Shown here in pieces: positions 40,121-53,129 of a stretch of 64,000 nt of DNA. Under the pieces are notes generated by a model that saw only the letters and a program-made list of their open reading frames with translations, was not told the origin of the DNA and did not search any database. This DNA is from Octopus sinensis. Its lineage: Eukaryota. The stretch covers positions 51,770,001-51,834,000 of the forward strand of contig NC_043002.1 of assembly GCF_006345805.1 (NCBI RefSeq), written 5' to 3'. How positions within the stretch are numbered: the stretch's first letter is position 1; the number at the start of each line of letters is the position of its first letter. The position numbers were made by a program, and so were the translations under genes.

Positions 40121-41204
40121 TCCATACATACATGCATACATATGTGCGTTTGTGTGTGTGTATTATATGAATGTTGTATATCATGCACGCATTCAGACAT
40201 ATATAAATATAACTGCTGAGATTTTCAATACAAACAGCATTAAAATCAGTTGTAAACAATTTGAGATTTAAAAAAACAAACAAATAACACAACTCTTGCA
40301 TATTGAGCAAATGTGGAACTATTTCTATTACATTCCATGTACATTTTTATCCTCCTAAAATTTAAGACCTAAACATGGATACATGTGTCTATCTACTATA
40401 CTGTTACTTATATCAATATTATCTTCCTGACGTCTCATAATCAGCAACTGAACTATATAGAGTTATGCAAGATGGCCTGCCTTAATTTATTGTTTGATAT
40501 AATTATTAACTCCTCAAAACGTAGATGAAATATAAAGTAACAGCTAAGAATTTATGTATAAATAATACAACGCTACAACAACTGCAAAAAGCACCATGTG
40601 TTACAACCACAGTTGTTTTGTCAAGTCTGTGATCAAGGTACATAACTCTGCATGCTCTACTCTAATTGTCATGCACGTTTCACCCTGCGCTTCTCTGATT
40701 AGTGGTTTAACAAGTTAAAATAACTGTTCCTACAAAATGATTATTCTACCCCTGGAAGCAATGGAATGTAGATGTAAAATCTCACATAAAGAAATAACGA
40801 AGAAATATTAAATTTCAAATATTTGATTAAAATTTAATTTTGTAAATTTCTTTGTAATTTCCATTTCAGGGCTGAACTGGAGTTGAAAAACAACAATAAA
40901 AAGGTCATTTAAAAAAAAATACTATACAGGTTGACCACAAAGTCTGGATACACTGATTTCTTTTTTTTTTCCTTCCTCAGATTGAGTATGAGCTTGCCAT
41001 TTTCACCAGTACTTTAATTAGAATGATAACCACAATCATTGTCATTGTCAGCACCATCAACATTTGTAATCAAACATTAATTCAAAATCAATTCTTCATG
41101 TTGTTTGGAGGTGCAGAGGTACCATAAACTATAGTCATGTATTTCTGTATTAATCTAACGAGATCTGATTTATCAACTTCAACACAAATTTTTTTTTTTC
41201 TTGT

Positions 41205-42060
41205 TCTGGCATTAGGAAGGGCATCCAGCTGCAGAAACCATGCCAAATCAGACAGGAATCTGCTGCAGCTCTCCAGCTTCCCAGTTTTCAGTTAAGCTGT
41301 ACAACCCATGCCAGCATGGAAAGCAGACATTAAATGATGATGATGATGATCTATGATCTAAACAACTTCTAAGACAAAACCATCACTGAAAGCTACTATA
41401 GCAAAAAAATCTTGACATCATCACAAACACTAAAAACACCTTCTACTCGACTTATGACTGAGTTCCATTCCGACTGACTGGTTGTAAGTCAATCTGGTCA
41501 TATGTTGGATAATGCAACTGATGCTTGAAAGTGATTGAGTGAGAGACAGTGGCAGGCAGTGGATGCCTGGGTCTGAGGGAAGCCTGTGTTGCTAAATGCT
41601 GACAGTTATTGTATGCACAACTGCCCAACATTCATCATCATCATCATCATCATCATCATTTAGCGTCCGCTTTCCATGCTAGCATGGGTTGGACGGTTCA
41701 ACTGGGGTCTGGGAAGCCAGAAGGCTGCACCAGGCCCAGTCTGATCTGGCAATGTTTCTATGGCTGGATGCCCTTCCTAACGCCAACCACTCCGTGAGTG
41801 TAGTGGGTGCTTTTTATGTACCACTGGCACAGGTGCAAGACGGGGCTGGCAAACGGCCACAGTCGGATGGTGCTTTTTACGTGCCACCAGCACAGGGGCC
41901 AGGCGAGGCTGGCAACGGCCATGATTGGATGGTGCTTTTTACGTGCCACCGGCACGGGGGTCAGGCAAGACTGGCAACGGCCATGATTGGATGGTGCTTT
42001 TTATGTGCCACCGGCACGGGGGTCAGACGAGGCTGGCAACAGCCACGATCGGATTGTGCT
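41205..42060. mobile_element. Two tail-to-tail (GAT)n-tailed repeats (41205-41350 plus, 41631-42060 minus); the second has about 4 internal 62-bp tandem units
   Basis: ggatggtgcttttt recurs at 41865, 41927 and 41989, with a variant at 42051. Confidence 0.8.
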
Positions 42061-42196
42061 TTATCTATTTATCTATTTGTTTTTTTTATTTCCTTCTTTT
42101 TGTGGTCATAAGTGTGGATGGTTGTTAAGTCGGAGATGATGTATATGGGAAATAAAAACCAAAACACACACAAAAAAAAAACAAACAATTATTTAC

Positions 42197-42373
42197 CAGA
42201 AAGAGTCTCTGTAATTCCATGACGCCTTTATAAGTAGATGTTTTGGGAACTAGTCCAAGTGCTGGACCTGAATATGCAGCTTCTGTCACTGGCTCAGGTA
42301 CAACACGTGTTGTAATAACAGATTTGCTCTCAAAAGTCAGTGTAGAATCAAATTTTTTCAATCGATTTAACCC
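42197..42373 (-). CDS. COX7A2L: COX7A2L-like exon 2 (GLNRLKK...KGVMELQRLFL)
   Basis: ttgcag acceptor, gtaaat donor, 177 nt, phase 0/0. Confidence 0.88.
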
Positions 42374-44671
42374 CTGCAACAAGAAAACATAGAATAACCA
42401 AACAAATAAATCTTGTCAGGACTGCAACACTTCAAGAAGAAACTAAAGCAGATAAATACCAATCATGAGACTTGCTTCTACTAAGCTCATTCCTAGAAAA
42501 GAATTTTGCTCTATTACATTTATAGATGATGACAGGGAGTGAATTTGGAGTATCAATGCAATGTTCAGGTAAGGCCTCACCAACTATGGAATGGTATATA
42601 CTGTGCTTTATGCTATTTTCCCCACAAGATCCAGTGATAAGTTAGGGCCAGATCTGGGCAGTTTGAACATAAAACAGGTAGACGCTTATTTACAGACTAA
42701 AGTAAATGACAAATGCTCAAAGTATCTGACAATCTGATTTAGTATACACACACACACCCATAGGTACTCTAGTAATCTTTATCATCTTCACCAATAAATT
42801 CATAACACATTAGTGTTATGAATTCATAACACTAATTTAATGAACAACAATAATTGGGGAAAACAATAATTACAAAATAATTACAAATACCATACCCAAG
42901 TGAATGTCTATGAATAACAATATTTCGGTCAGACTGCCCATCATCCAGGTTATATTTTGAAATATATTCTAAACTAATAATCATTCTTCTCCACATTCTC
43001 AGTATTGTTGAGTCAGGAGTTCCTGTTCTTTCTGAATAGTTTAAACAGTGAAGGAAAGGTCATAACTAGGATTCTTTACAGGGTTCCTGTAACTAATGAC
43101 AAGAAGGAAGAAAGTTATTCTCAAACCAGTGACCTGGCCTAAATACTTACAACAGAATGGATTCTGCTAAAAAGTACCCCATGTAGAGATGTTAAATCAG
43201 GCAAAGGATTACTTTGCCATTCAAGAATAGGAACAGTCCTTCTAACGATTGTATACAAAGTTTTTGCAATAGAAAATTTCTTTCAGAAGGTTATGTTAAT
43301 TCATAACTATGGTAGATGACAATTGCTGAAAGTGCTAGGCAAAGGGATTGAATCCAGAACAAAACAGCCATGCCTGTGCCCTGAATTCCAGGGAAACTTG
43401 ATGGTCAATAGCAGCAAGAATTACTTCATAGATGCTATCTTCATTGAGGTACTTTTTCCAAATAAGCAGGAGATGGCATTAAGGCATACATTTGAAGTGG
43501 GAGGTTAATTCAACTATTAATTATATTTATTTGGTTGATCACAGAAAGACATAAGGCAGAGCTCAAAATCAGTGCAAGGTATCCCTTCAACATTTTGCCC
43601 AGTGCTCCTACTGTATCTGCCATCCATTCACTGCTCCAAGGAAAGTTATTAGGAAGATATTATGCTGATGTCTCGGGCAACAAGCTGGCAGAATGGTTAG
43701 CACATAAGATGAAATGCTTAGAAGCATTTCCTCAGCTCTTTGCATTCTTAGTTCAAATGCTGTCGAGGTTGATTTTGCTATTAATCTTTTCTGGAGCATT
43801 TGAACACTGGGGGGGGGGGTGGTGCAATGGAATCAGTTACTCCCCTCCGCTAAAATTGCTGATTCTGTACCAAAATTGGAGAGAATTATGTTGATGCTTC
43901 TTTCTTATTTTTTTAGCGAGTATAAAAAAACGAGGGAACCTTTATACGGACGCTCAATTTGCTGGAAACATCAGCTGAATCTCCCTCAAATCATAATCCA
44001 ATATTATAAAAGGACACACAAGATAGTGTAGCTTAGCATAGGCAATGCCTTCCTATCTTAAACAACAATCTCAACGCACACACACAAAAAAATGAAGAAC
44101 AAAAACTATAAAAATGTAAGGGAATTGACTACAAATGCACTCTCAGGATATGCAAGTGGTAAGCTATAGTAAAAAATCACCACCGACATTTCTCCCTCAC
44201 CCACCAAATCACAACTGAAACGTTTTTGATCATAGATCTGCTCACTTAGGGGTAAATAGGGCACCAAACAAAAGAATGTGAAAGAATTTATTTGTATCAC
44301 TATATTAATATAAATAGACGCTTTTCTGTAAAATATATTTTTTCGATAGTTTAATGTAAAATCCCAAATGACAATCAAGTTTTTTTAGCTAATATTTCCG
44401 AAAGTAATATGAAACAAATAACGAAAGAATGGCAACTTTAATCCTGAAAATAAAACAAACCATACACATTATTACATACACATACTATATAAATAAATAA
44501 ATATATATATATAAATATGCGTGTGTGTGTACATACACACACATGAATCTATCAATAACAAGTAGTCTGCTTAGTCAAACGAATAGAGGTCTGCGGCGGT
44601 GTTAGTCAAGGACACAAAGCTTAGAAATATATAAATAATGATGCTGAAATATTATAAAGACTAAATAGTAC

Positions 44672-44743
44672 CTGAGGAGAATATGCTGCTTCCTGACTCG
44701 ATGGGGCAATTTTGCCCCGTAAACTGTTAAATTTATAGAACAT
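44672..44743 (-). CDS. COX7A2L: COX7A2L-like exon 1 (MFYKFNSLRGKIAPSSQEAAYSPQ)
   Basis: 24 codons then a gt donor; matches the recalled vertebrate N-terminus MYYKF...SEAYSPQ|GL in length and junction. Confidence 0.88.
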
Positions 44744-44988
44744 TTTGAGAAAAACCGATCACCGAGAGGACACAAGTTTGTGAAAGGGCATACGAAAGAG
44801 TTACATTAACAGGGGAGATAAATGACGATTTCTTGGTACGTCTCAAAACAGATTTATTCATTTGTTTACTTTTACTTAGAGCCAACATAGAAGCCGCTCA
44901 TTGTAGATGACTCACCTGCTAGAAATAGCAGCAAAATACCCCTCAAATAATATCTTACTTTAAGAAAGGTAAAATGCAGTATCCATCC

Positions 44989-45037
<49 letters not shown>

Positions 45038-45049
45038 ACTGTCTGTCTG

Positions 45050-45180
45050 TCTTTTTCTTTTTTGCAGGATCCCTTTTGATAGGAATTTTTTTCCTCTTCC
45101 TTTTTTCCCCTATTCTTTTTTTCTTTCGAAAAGCCAAGCTCTACATTGTGTTCGGCCTTGTGTGGCTAATAAAGAAATTT
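45050..45180 (+). mobile_element. 3' tail fragment of a Tx1-type LINE inside an (ATCT/ATCC)n tract
   Basis: Pyrimidine-rich UTR, aagctctac and ggccttgtgtggctaataaagaaa, as at 51250-51310. Confidence 0.75.
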
Positions 45181-45443
45181 ATCCGTCCATCCATCCACCC
45201 ACCTATCTATCTATCTATCTATCTATCTGACAGACAGACGCAAGTCAAATGGGCTCCAAGTAAGTTGGTCATTTTGTACGTTCAAAAGTGTTTATTGTTA
45301 AATATTTTGTGTTTAAAAGTTGTGAAACAACATCCACTGCAAACCTTGACTAATATCTACACAAAATTTCGCCCTTTGTGGGCAAAATTTTAAAAAATTC
45401 CCGTAGGCCTCGTGTTGTATTTTAGCCATTTTTATTTTCAAAA

Positions 45444-47516
45444 ATGGCTACTGGTCACCACGAGGCTGAGGCGCAACTGAAGCGTGACGCCAAAACAAAA
45501 AACGAAGATTTCCTGTCACCAAGCGCCGAACTTGACTGTGTAAACACTACTTACACCACCACCACCACCATCGACAACAGCAACAAATACAAAACAAAAG
45601 TCGCAAGGCCAAGCACCGCCACCAGTGATTCCACCATCAACACCGACACCACCACCATGGCAGCATCTGCTACTACAACTGCTATCTCTGCTAACGACAC
45701 CACTACCAACAACAATAACAATACCAACATCACCATCACCGCCACCAAAGACCGTGCCGTCAATGCCTCCCTTACTACTAATACCACCGCCGTCACCATG
45801 AACGACAATAACAACAACAACAACAACAATTCCCTTCAGCCACTGTTCACTCCATCACCAGCAAGTGAAGGTGAGAAAAAAATAACACCGACAATCAAAC
45901 GAGCTGCCGAAATTTGCGCTAATGCAGGACCAAATTACGCAGACAATTTTCCACCCCTTGCCAGTTGCATAATCAGCAACGACAAACCTAATATACCCAC
46001 AACCCACACCCCTGCCATCAACACCAACACCACCAGCAGTAACAACAATATCAAAACAACAACAAACTTCGCCGAGGCGATAAAAGAAAAAATAACAAGA
46101 GTATCGTTTACTGTACAGCAAATAAAAGACTGCAGAGCCCTAATCACCGAAGAAAACGGCAAAATACAATTACACATACCACAACACATACTGAATGAGG
46201 AAAAAAAGAGAACAATTGTATATAAAATAACAAATAACACAACTAAAAGTCCAGAAAAAGCAAGCACGGACAAAATAGAAAAGTGCCTACGCCCCATCTG
46301 GGGACACATGGAGTATGTGACTTGGTCGAACAAGTTCGCCCACGTACAGGTGGTTTTTCAGAATGAAGAGTTGGCAAAGCAATTCTCAACGCTAACTCTT
46401 CATTCAGATGAGCTAACAATGACACCCAGTTACCTTGGTCAGAAGGTGACAAAGGTCATTATCAATAATGTCCCGCAAGTAACAACCGCCATAACATCCA
46501 AAATGGAGGACATAAACATCCTGGATATCACTGTTTCGAAACACAAGGACTGGGTGGGAAAGAGAATGGAGATTCACTTCCACATAAGCCAAGACGACAA
46601 TAACAAAATTCCCACCCACGTACATCTTGCGGATGACCGCAAGTTGTATGTAGTAGTCGAGGGCAGAAGGCCACGCTGCTATACATGTGGGAGTGAGGCA
46701 CACCTTAAAAAGGAGTGCAAATCTGCCGCGAAACAACGACAACAGCCACAAGAAAAACCACAAAAGCCAGCATTATTGCCCACACCACAATATGGACGGC
46801 TAACCAAGAAGCTGTATGCAGAAATGCATGAAAAACAACAAAGAACGGACCAACCCAACCAAACAACACCACCACCTGCGCCAAGAACAGAATCATCACC
46901 AACAACAACTAAACCAATTCTAACAACGAAGAAGACAAGCACTAAGGATGTAGGAGAGACAATCACCACACCAAACCCCCCAGCAACCCCCCCCCCGACA
47001 ATATCTACAACCGCACATACAGATCCAGATGCTTTACCCTTGCCCCCTGCTGATTCGTCAGACTTTTTCATCTAACGATGAAAGTTCGACAGAATGGCAA
47101 ATAGCCAGCGGGGGTAAAAGAAAAAGATAAAGAAAAACAAACAAGAAAACGCAACCAAAGCAGGGAGATACATGAACCCTGAAAGCTCCATACACAACCA
47201 AACAAGCACCAACACCACAAAAACACACACAATGCTATCAGCGATAGACACAAAAGACTCCAAACTAATGGAGTACATCACAGCCCACACAAACATCTGT
47301 GAAGATGACTTCAAAACTAACAACCATCCACGCACTACACCACCCAAACACATCGAAATACTACACATCATACAAACACAACACCACACACTCAAAGCCC
47401 TCTTTCCAAATGCGGTTGGGGGGTTCCAAAAATACCTTTCGCAAAAACTCTATAAAAACCTCCTCCAAGACACATCAAAGAACGAGGAAGTCAAAACTTT
47501 CGACACAAGTAAGTAA
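45444..47516 (+). pseudogene. Tx1 ORF1 (T/N-rich N-terminus, RRM-like region, CYTCGSEAHLKKEC knuckle); disrupted after 47075
   Basis: ORF 45444-47075 plus out-of-frame continuation (EWQIASGGKRKR; 47172-47516). Confidence 0.85.
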
Positions 47517-47566
47517 CTCTCTGTACTGACCTTTTTGTGTTTTAAAGCACACACCCCAATAGAATC

Positions 47567-50500
47567 ATGGTCAAGATTGGTTGTGTGAATGCGCGTGGCT
47601 TGGGGTGTTATTGGAAACATGGATACCTCCTAAATGACATCAAGTCACACGATTTGGGAATCATAGCCATAAGTGAGACCAGACTCCACGAGCCACGGGC
47701 CCTAAAGTCCATGTTTGGCGGACAGTTTAACATTTATTTTGCTCCCTGTCTGCCGAGGATGGGCGGTAGTGGCACCGCAGTACTTTTTCACAAGAGCCTG
47801 GATCTCGAAGTCAAGACGATATTCGTAGACCCGGAGCGTAGACTGGTCGTTCTGGATGTCGACGGCAGCAATGCGAGTGCTTTTCAACTCGTATCAGTCT
47901 ACGCACCGCCTTTAACAGGTCGGCCGGATTTCTTTCAACGTCTAGAAGTATTCCTGGGAACGTCTCGTCCTTTACTTTTAGTGGGGGATTGGACACGCAT
48001 CTAGACTATGTGGGGAGAGACAAAAACAGAAGGGGATGCAAATGCCTCAGAGACCTGCTCAGACGATTCCAACTGTCTGACAGGTACCGACTCGACCACC
48101 CAAATGCACCAACGTGGACATGGAGCAACCGCAGTGGGTCGTCGAGATCGTATCTAGATAGGATACTGTGTAGGACATTAGACAGGGATAGCCTAGGATG
48201 TCCACAATTCCACACAGTCAGCTACACGGATCACAAATTCGTGACGTGTACGCTAGACTTAGATAAGGCACATAGACAGGGCCCTGGTTACTGGAAACTG
48301 AACGCATCATTCCCGTCCAGACAAGTTTTCAGAGACAGAATCAACACGTTAGTAAAAAGGGCTTTAACGAGAGCCATTGTCAACGACAAATGGTGGTTCG
48401 CCCTCAAGAGAGCAGTAAAAGCGGAAGCAATTAGATATAGCAAGGCACTAGCCGTAGATAGAAATAGAGTAGAGGGTGAGTTAGTTAAAAAGTTAGAAGA
48501 GGCAATAAGAAGCGGCATCACATCCGACGTTTTAGCGGCGAGGTTGGCCCTTGACCAACACTTCAACGCCAAACACGAAGGGTGTGCTGTCAGGGCTAGG
48601 ATGCGTGCTCTAAGGATGGAAGGTGTTGGAGCCGCGAGGGAGGCCCGGGTGGCGGAGGCGCAGCAGGGCAACAAAGCCACCATTCGGTCTCTGGTAGATG
48701 AACAAGGGTGCGAATTGCTCGAGCCCAGCAAGATGTGCGAGACATTTCAGCAGCACTTTGCCCGACTGTACGGGACGAGTGGTGAGCGTGAACGCAGGGT
48801 GGACTTCAGTGCCTACCTGCACAGCCTACCACGACTCTCGGCAAGAGAGGCAGAGTGCTGCGAAGGTGCCATCACGGTGGCGGATGTGCGGGACGCGATG
48901 GCAGAATGCTCGAGGGAAAAATCGCCGGGTTTGGATGGTCTGCCCTACGAGTTTTACAATTGTATGCCAGACTTGTTTGGAGACGTCTTGGCAGCGGTAT
49001 ACTGCAACTGGCAGCAAAACGGGAGCATACCCGGTTTTGTGAGTCGAGGAGCTGTAACGCTGCTGAAGAAAGATCCAAACAAGGGGGACATTATAGATAA
49101 CTTTAGACCAATCACTCTGCTCAATGCAGACCTGAAAATTTTGACAAAGGTGTTAGCCAAGAGGTTGGCGCTTGTCATCGAGAAACTGGTCGACAACGCA
49201 CAAACGTGCGCCGTGCCGGGCCGGAGCATCCATGACAACCTCCATCTGATGCGCTACATCATAGACAGAGCAGTTAAGGAACCTGGCATGGGCGGGGCCC
49301 TGATCAACTTGGATCAATCGAAAGCCTTCGATACTTGGAGGCAGTCCTGAGAGCAGCTGGTTTCGGTCCCGTCTTCCGCGGCTGGATAGCTGCCTTGTAC
49401 AGAGGCATCCGTTCGGTAATTCGCGTAAATGGACATCTATCGAGACCTTTCGACATTGCACGTTCGGTCCGTTAGGGATGCCCCCTCTCGGCGCTTCTAT
49501 ACGTATTGACTCTTGAGCCACTACTGCGGAAGCTGGCGACTCTGAGGGGCATCCCGCGAGAATTGGGATGCGGGACGAGCGTGTCTGCATACGCGGACGA
49601 CGTCACCGTCATAGTGTCAAGCCACGAGCACATCGAGCTGGTCGGCGAGACACTGAAAGACCACGAAGCGGTGACAGGAGCAAAAATCAACCGGGAAAAG
49701 TCAGTGGGCTTGCGGCTCGGCACCTGGAGAAGCAAGCTCATACCGTCCACCAGTACCTCCGTCGTGGACGGCCCGGTTGAGTTGCTCGGGGTCTGGTTCG
49801 GTCCGGACCTCCAAATGGAGAAGAACTGGAACGAGATAACGAGTAGGGTGGTCACTCTCGCCCAGCAATGGGCCGAGAGGAAACTGTCCCTAAAAGGTCG
49901 GGCGGAGGTGGCGAACACGTACATCGCGTCCATCATCTACAACCGCCTGACCGTCGTACCTTGTCCCGACCCTACCATCACCAAACTAGAACGCATTCTC
50001 TTCCGCTTCTTGTGGAAAGGATGCGTCCCGATGGTCAGGCGATCCATTTGCTGTCAACACCCGTTAAAAGGAGGGCTGGGTTTGCCATGGCTGATGATGC
50101 GCAGACACGCGCTGAGACTGCGACATCTCCGGCTCTGTGTAGACGACGGTGAACAGGTGTGGTCGCCGTTTGTGAGGCACGCGTTCCCGCAGCTCGTCTC
50201 CATGACCGAACTGCAGTTGTGGATCAAAAAGAGGCCGAGGAAGGGCGAATGGCACCGCGAGTGTCGCGTTGCTCTCAAACAACTCTGCCGTCCCGGGTCG
50301 ACCTTGAGTGACTTCAACACGACCAAAGCATTCTATAGGGGATTAGTGGAGGGTAGGTACGACGACGATCTTGGGGCAAACCTGGGCGTCGACGAGGAAT
50401 ACCTGACCCGCCTGTTTGAAACGACTTTCGGGCCGGGACCTATGGACAACTTCCAGAGATCCCTGGCCTGGCAGCGCTACCCGTTCGGGATAAGCTCTAT

Positions 50501-50950
50501 AGGCATGGCTCGAGAAACACGGGGCCGACCTGCCCGAGATTCGGGCAGAGCGACGAAACCGCTCTGCACGCAATCGTGCAGTGTCCAACAATCTTCGACC
50601 TGTGGGCTTATGTCGAACGACTGCTGTCACGTGTGGGACGTGTCGGTTTATCAGCCGAGTCTATCGTTAATATCGTCACGCCTCCTTCCTTCAAACGGGA
50701 AGGAAGAGCTATTTTTATCATACTTGTGGCTATGGCGAAAGAATGTATCTGGTGGACGCGCCTGAAAGGATTAGAGACAAACACTTTCCTCTCTGGTCAA
50801 TCTCTCATCAACTTCTTCAAGTATCACTTGAAGAGGAAAGTGAGAGTAGAGAGGCAAGTTTTGTCTAGTGAATGTTTTAAAAAAAGATGGGTGAATGTAG
50901 CAAGGATGGCACGTATGAATGACGAAGCCACCTTGACTATGATTCTATGA
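47567..50950 (+). pseudogene. Tx1 ORF2: APE endonuclease, RT and C-terminal Zn finger; at least 3 frameshifts and 1 stop
   Basis: MVKIGCVNARGL, SYLDRI, WKLN, FRPITLLNAD, LDQSKAFD, SVR*GCPLS, YADD, ETALHAIVQCP. Confidence 0.93.
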
Positions 50951-52529
50951 ATCGTAAAAATTAATACAGAGAGTTGCTTATTTGCAAAATAAAAATAAAA
51001 AAAGAAATATAACATGTGACTTCATTGACCGAGGTTACCGTGGTCTTTTCCGTAAGCTTTTCTTTCCACGGGTAAACCTCACCTGTCCTCCCCTTTACAC
51101 TTCATATTGACATTTCTGTGATAACGATCCTTATTGATCAACCCCCCCTTTTTAAATTTTATTTTATCCCCCCCTTTTTTGTCCTCTTTCTTTCCATTTA
51201 CGATCCCTTTCGATCGAGAACCAAACCCCCTTCTTTTATCCCCAAAAGAAAAGCTCTACCATGTAATTTTGTCCTGTCTGTGTGCAGCCCTGTGTGGCTA
51301 ATAAAGAAACATATCTATCTATCTTTGGGAAGGGACTTCCCCTAACTTTGTTAAAAATGCACATTTTTAATCGAATTTTTTTTCCCTGGAGATAGTGACA
51401 TTCTTCAAGGGTGTAGATTGGGGTTATCCCAATAAAAATTGCTAAAGGAGTTTTCTAAAGAAATGAAATCAGTGGAGCAAATTTCTGTATTCCTGTAACT
51501 TTATTGGAAATGCCTATTTTGTTTCTTGTTTCTTTGAATGTAATTTTCCGGGGTTACGTTTTCGAGGGTGTAAAGTACGATTATTTTTGTAAGTTTGAAA
51601 ATATATATATTTCTTTTTATCGTAGTCTACACAATCGAAAATATATGTTAACAAAGTCGGGTGGATAGGGGAGGATATTCTAAAATAGATCTTTTTTCTT
51701 TACCCCCACCTCTGGTATCTAAATCTACACCACTTAAAGTGTATCTTTCGAAAATTTTACTTAAAACGTGCACTTTAAAGTAAGTTATAAGGAAACAAAG
51801 GCAAGAGGAGGCATTTCAATAGGTCATCTCTCTCTCTTTCTCTGCACCCTAACCACATAGTTCCGAGTTCAATTGCCTGCGCAGCACCTTGGAAAAGTGT
51901 CTCCTACTATAGCCTCGAGCAGACCAAAGCCTTGTGAGTAGGTTTGGTAGATGGAAAGTGAAAGAAGCCCGTCTTGTATGTGTGTGTGTGTGTTTGTGTG
52001 ATCTGTGTATGTCTGCGTCTGTGTGTGTATAAAAAGATTCGAGTAAAAACTCTGTAGGATGCAATGCAAAGCTCGTCCGTAGTTATTGGCTACCTGATGT
52101 CATCATACAGTGGAAATCCTCTTGCTATTGGATATACATCAAGAATTCCATAGCACCCATAGAGTTTATATAAACAGATAAATGATAGAAAATGGAATAC
52201 AATTCTTTCGACGCATTTTTACTCGCAAATTACATTGGTGCGATGTCTTGTAATCATTATTATCACTCACACTCTTACCTCTGCACCTTTCAATAAAAGT
52301 CCGCAGCAGCATCATTTCTCTTGCGCAGGTACACACATTCTGTTATTGAATCATGCACACGCTCTCTTAACGCTGACCTAAACTCAATACGCACGAAGCC
52401 TATACACACAAAAGCCGACACTGCTCGAAGCCCAAACTGCAAGCACTGCACACAAGTGACATTGCATGCTATTCGAATCCACTCGAATGGGCCACTGCAG
52501 TCCCGTATCCATCACTTAAAAAAAAAAAG

Positions 52530-52845
52530 ACTCCGCCAGTTACGACGACGAGGGTCCCAGCTGATACGATCAGCGGAACAGCTTGCTCGTGAAATTAACG
52601 TGCAAATGGCTGAGCATTCCACAGGCACGTGTACCCTTAACGTAGTTCTCGGAGATAATCAGCGTGACACAGAGAGTGACAAGGCTGACCCTTTGAAATA
52701 CAAGTACAACTCATTTTTGCCAGCTGAGTGGACTGGAGCAACGTGAAATAAAGTGTCTTGCTCAAGGACACAACGCGTTGCCGGGAATCGAACTCACAAC
52801 CTTACGATCATGAGCCGAATGCCCTAACCACTAAGCCACGCGCCC
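52530..52845 (-). mobile_element. Full-length family B tRNA-SINE
   Basis: ggcgcgtggcttagtggttagggc...gagttcgattccc head; central gtgtccttgagcaagacac...gttgctccagtccactcagctg block. Confidence 0.88.
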
Positions 52846-53129
52846 TCACTCCATCACTTAAGATTCTTTCTCATGATACCAATGATTTTTCTGGCCTTTG
52901 GTCACATCCACCTTACACTTTACTTTTTCTTCTCGTCTCAATACGAAGATAAAATGACCCCACTTCATGCCAGTATACATTTTCATCTCTAGCCAAACAT
53001 TCATACATAAGCACACTTCTAATATTCAGCATTACAGCTGTAATGTCATTATGTAAATAAATGTGCTCCATTGAACACTAAATATTGCTACTTGGTTTTT
53101 ATTTGCGGAAACAACACGCAGCCTGAACA

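Larger units (their letters stand above)
45241..51310 (+). mobile_element. Near full-length Tx1/L1-clade LINE, inactivated
   Basis: 5' UTR, ORF1, APE-RT-Zn ORF2, 3' UTR ending gccctgtgtggctaataaagaaac; microsatellite flanks. Confidence 0.93.

Noticed and set aside
44880-44960. Apparent cag|gtgagt donor upstream of COX7A2L exon 1
   Set aside because: Lies in a recurrent repeat (ctagaaatagcagc..aaatctccctcaa, also at about 6940); no support as an exon
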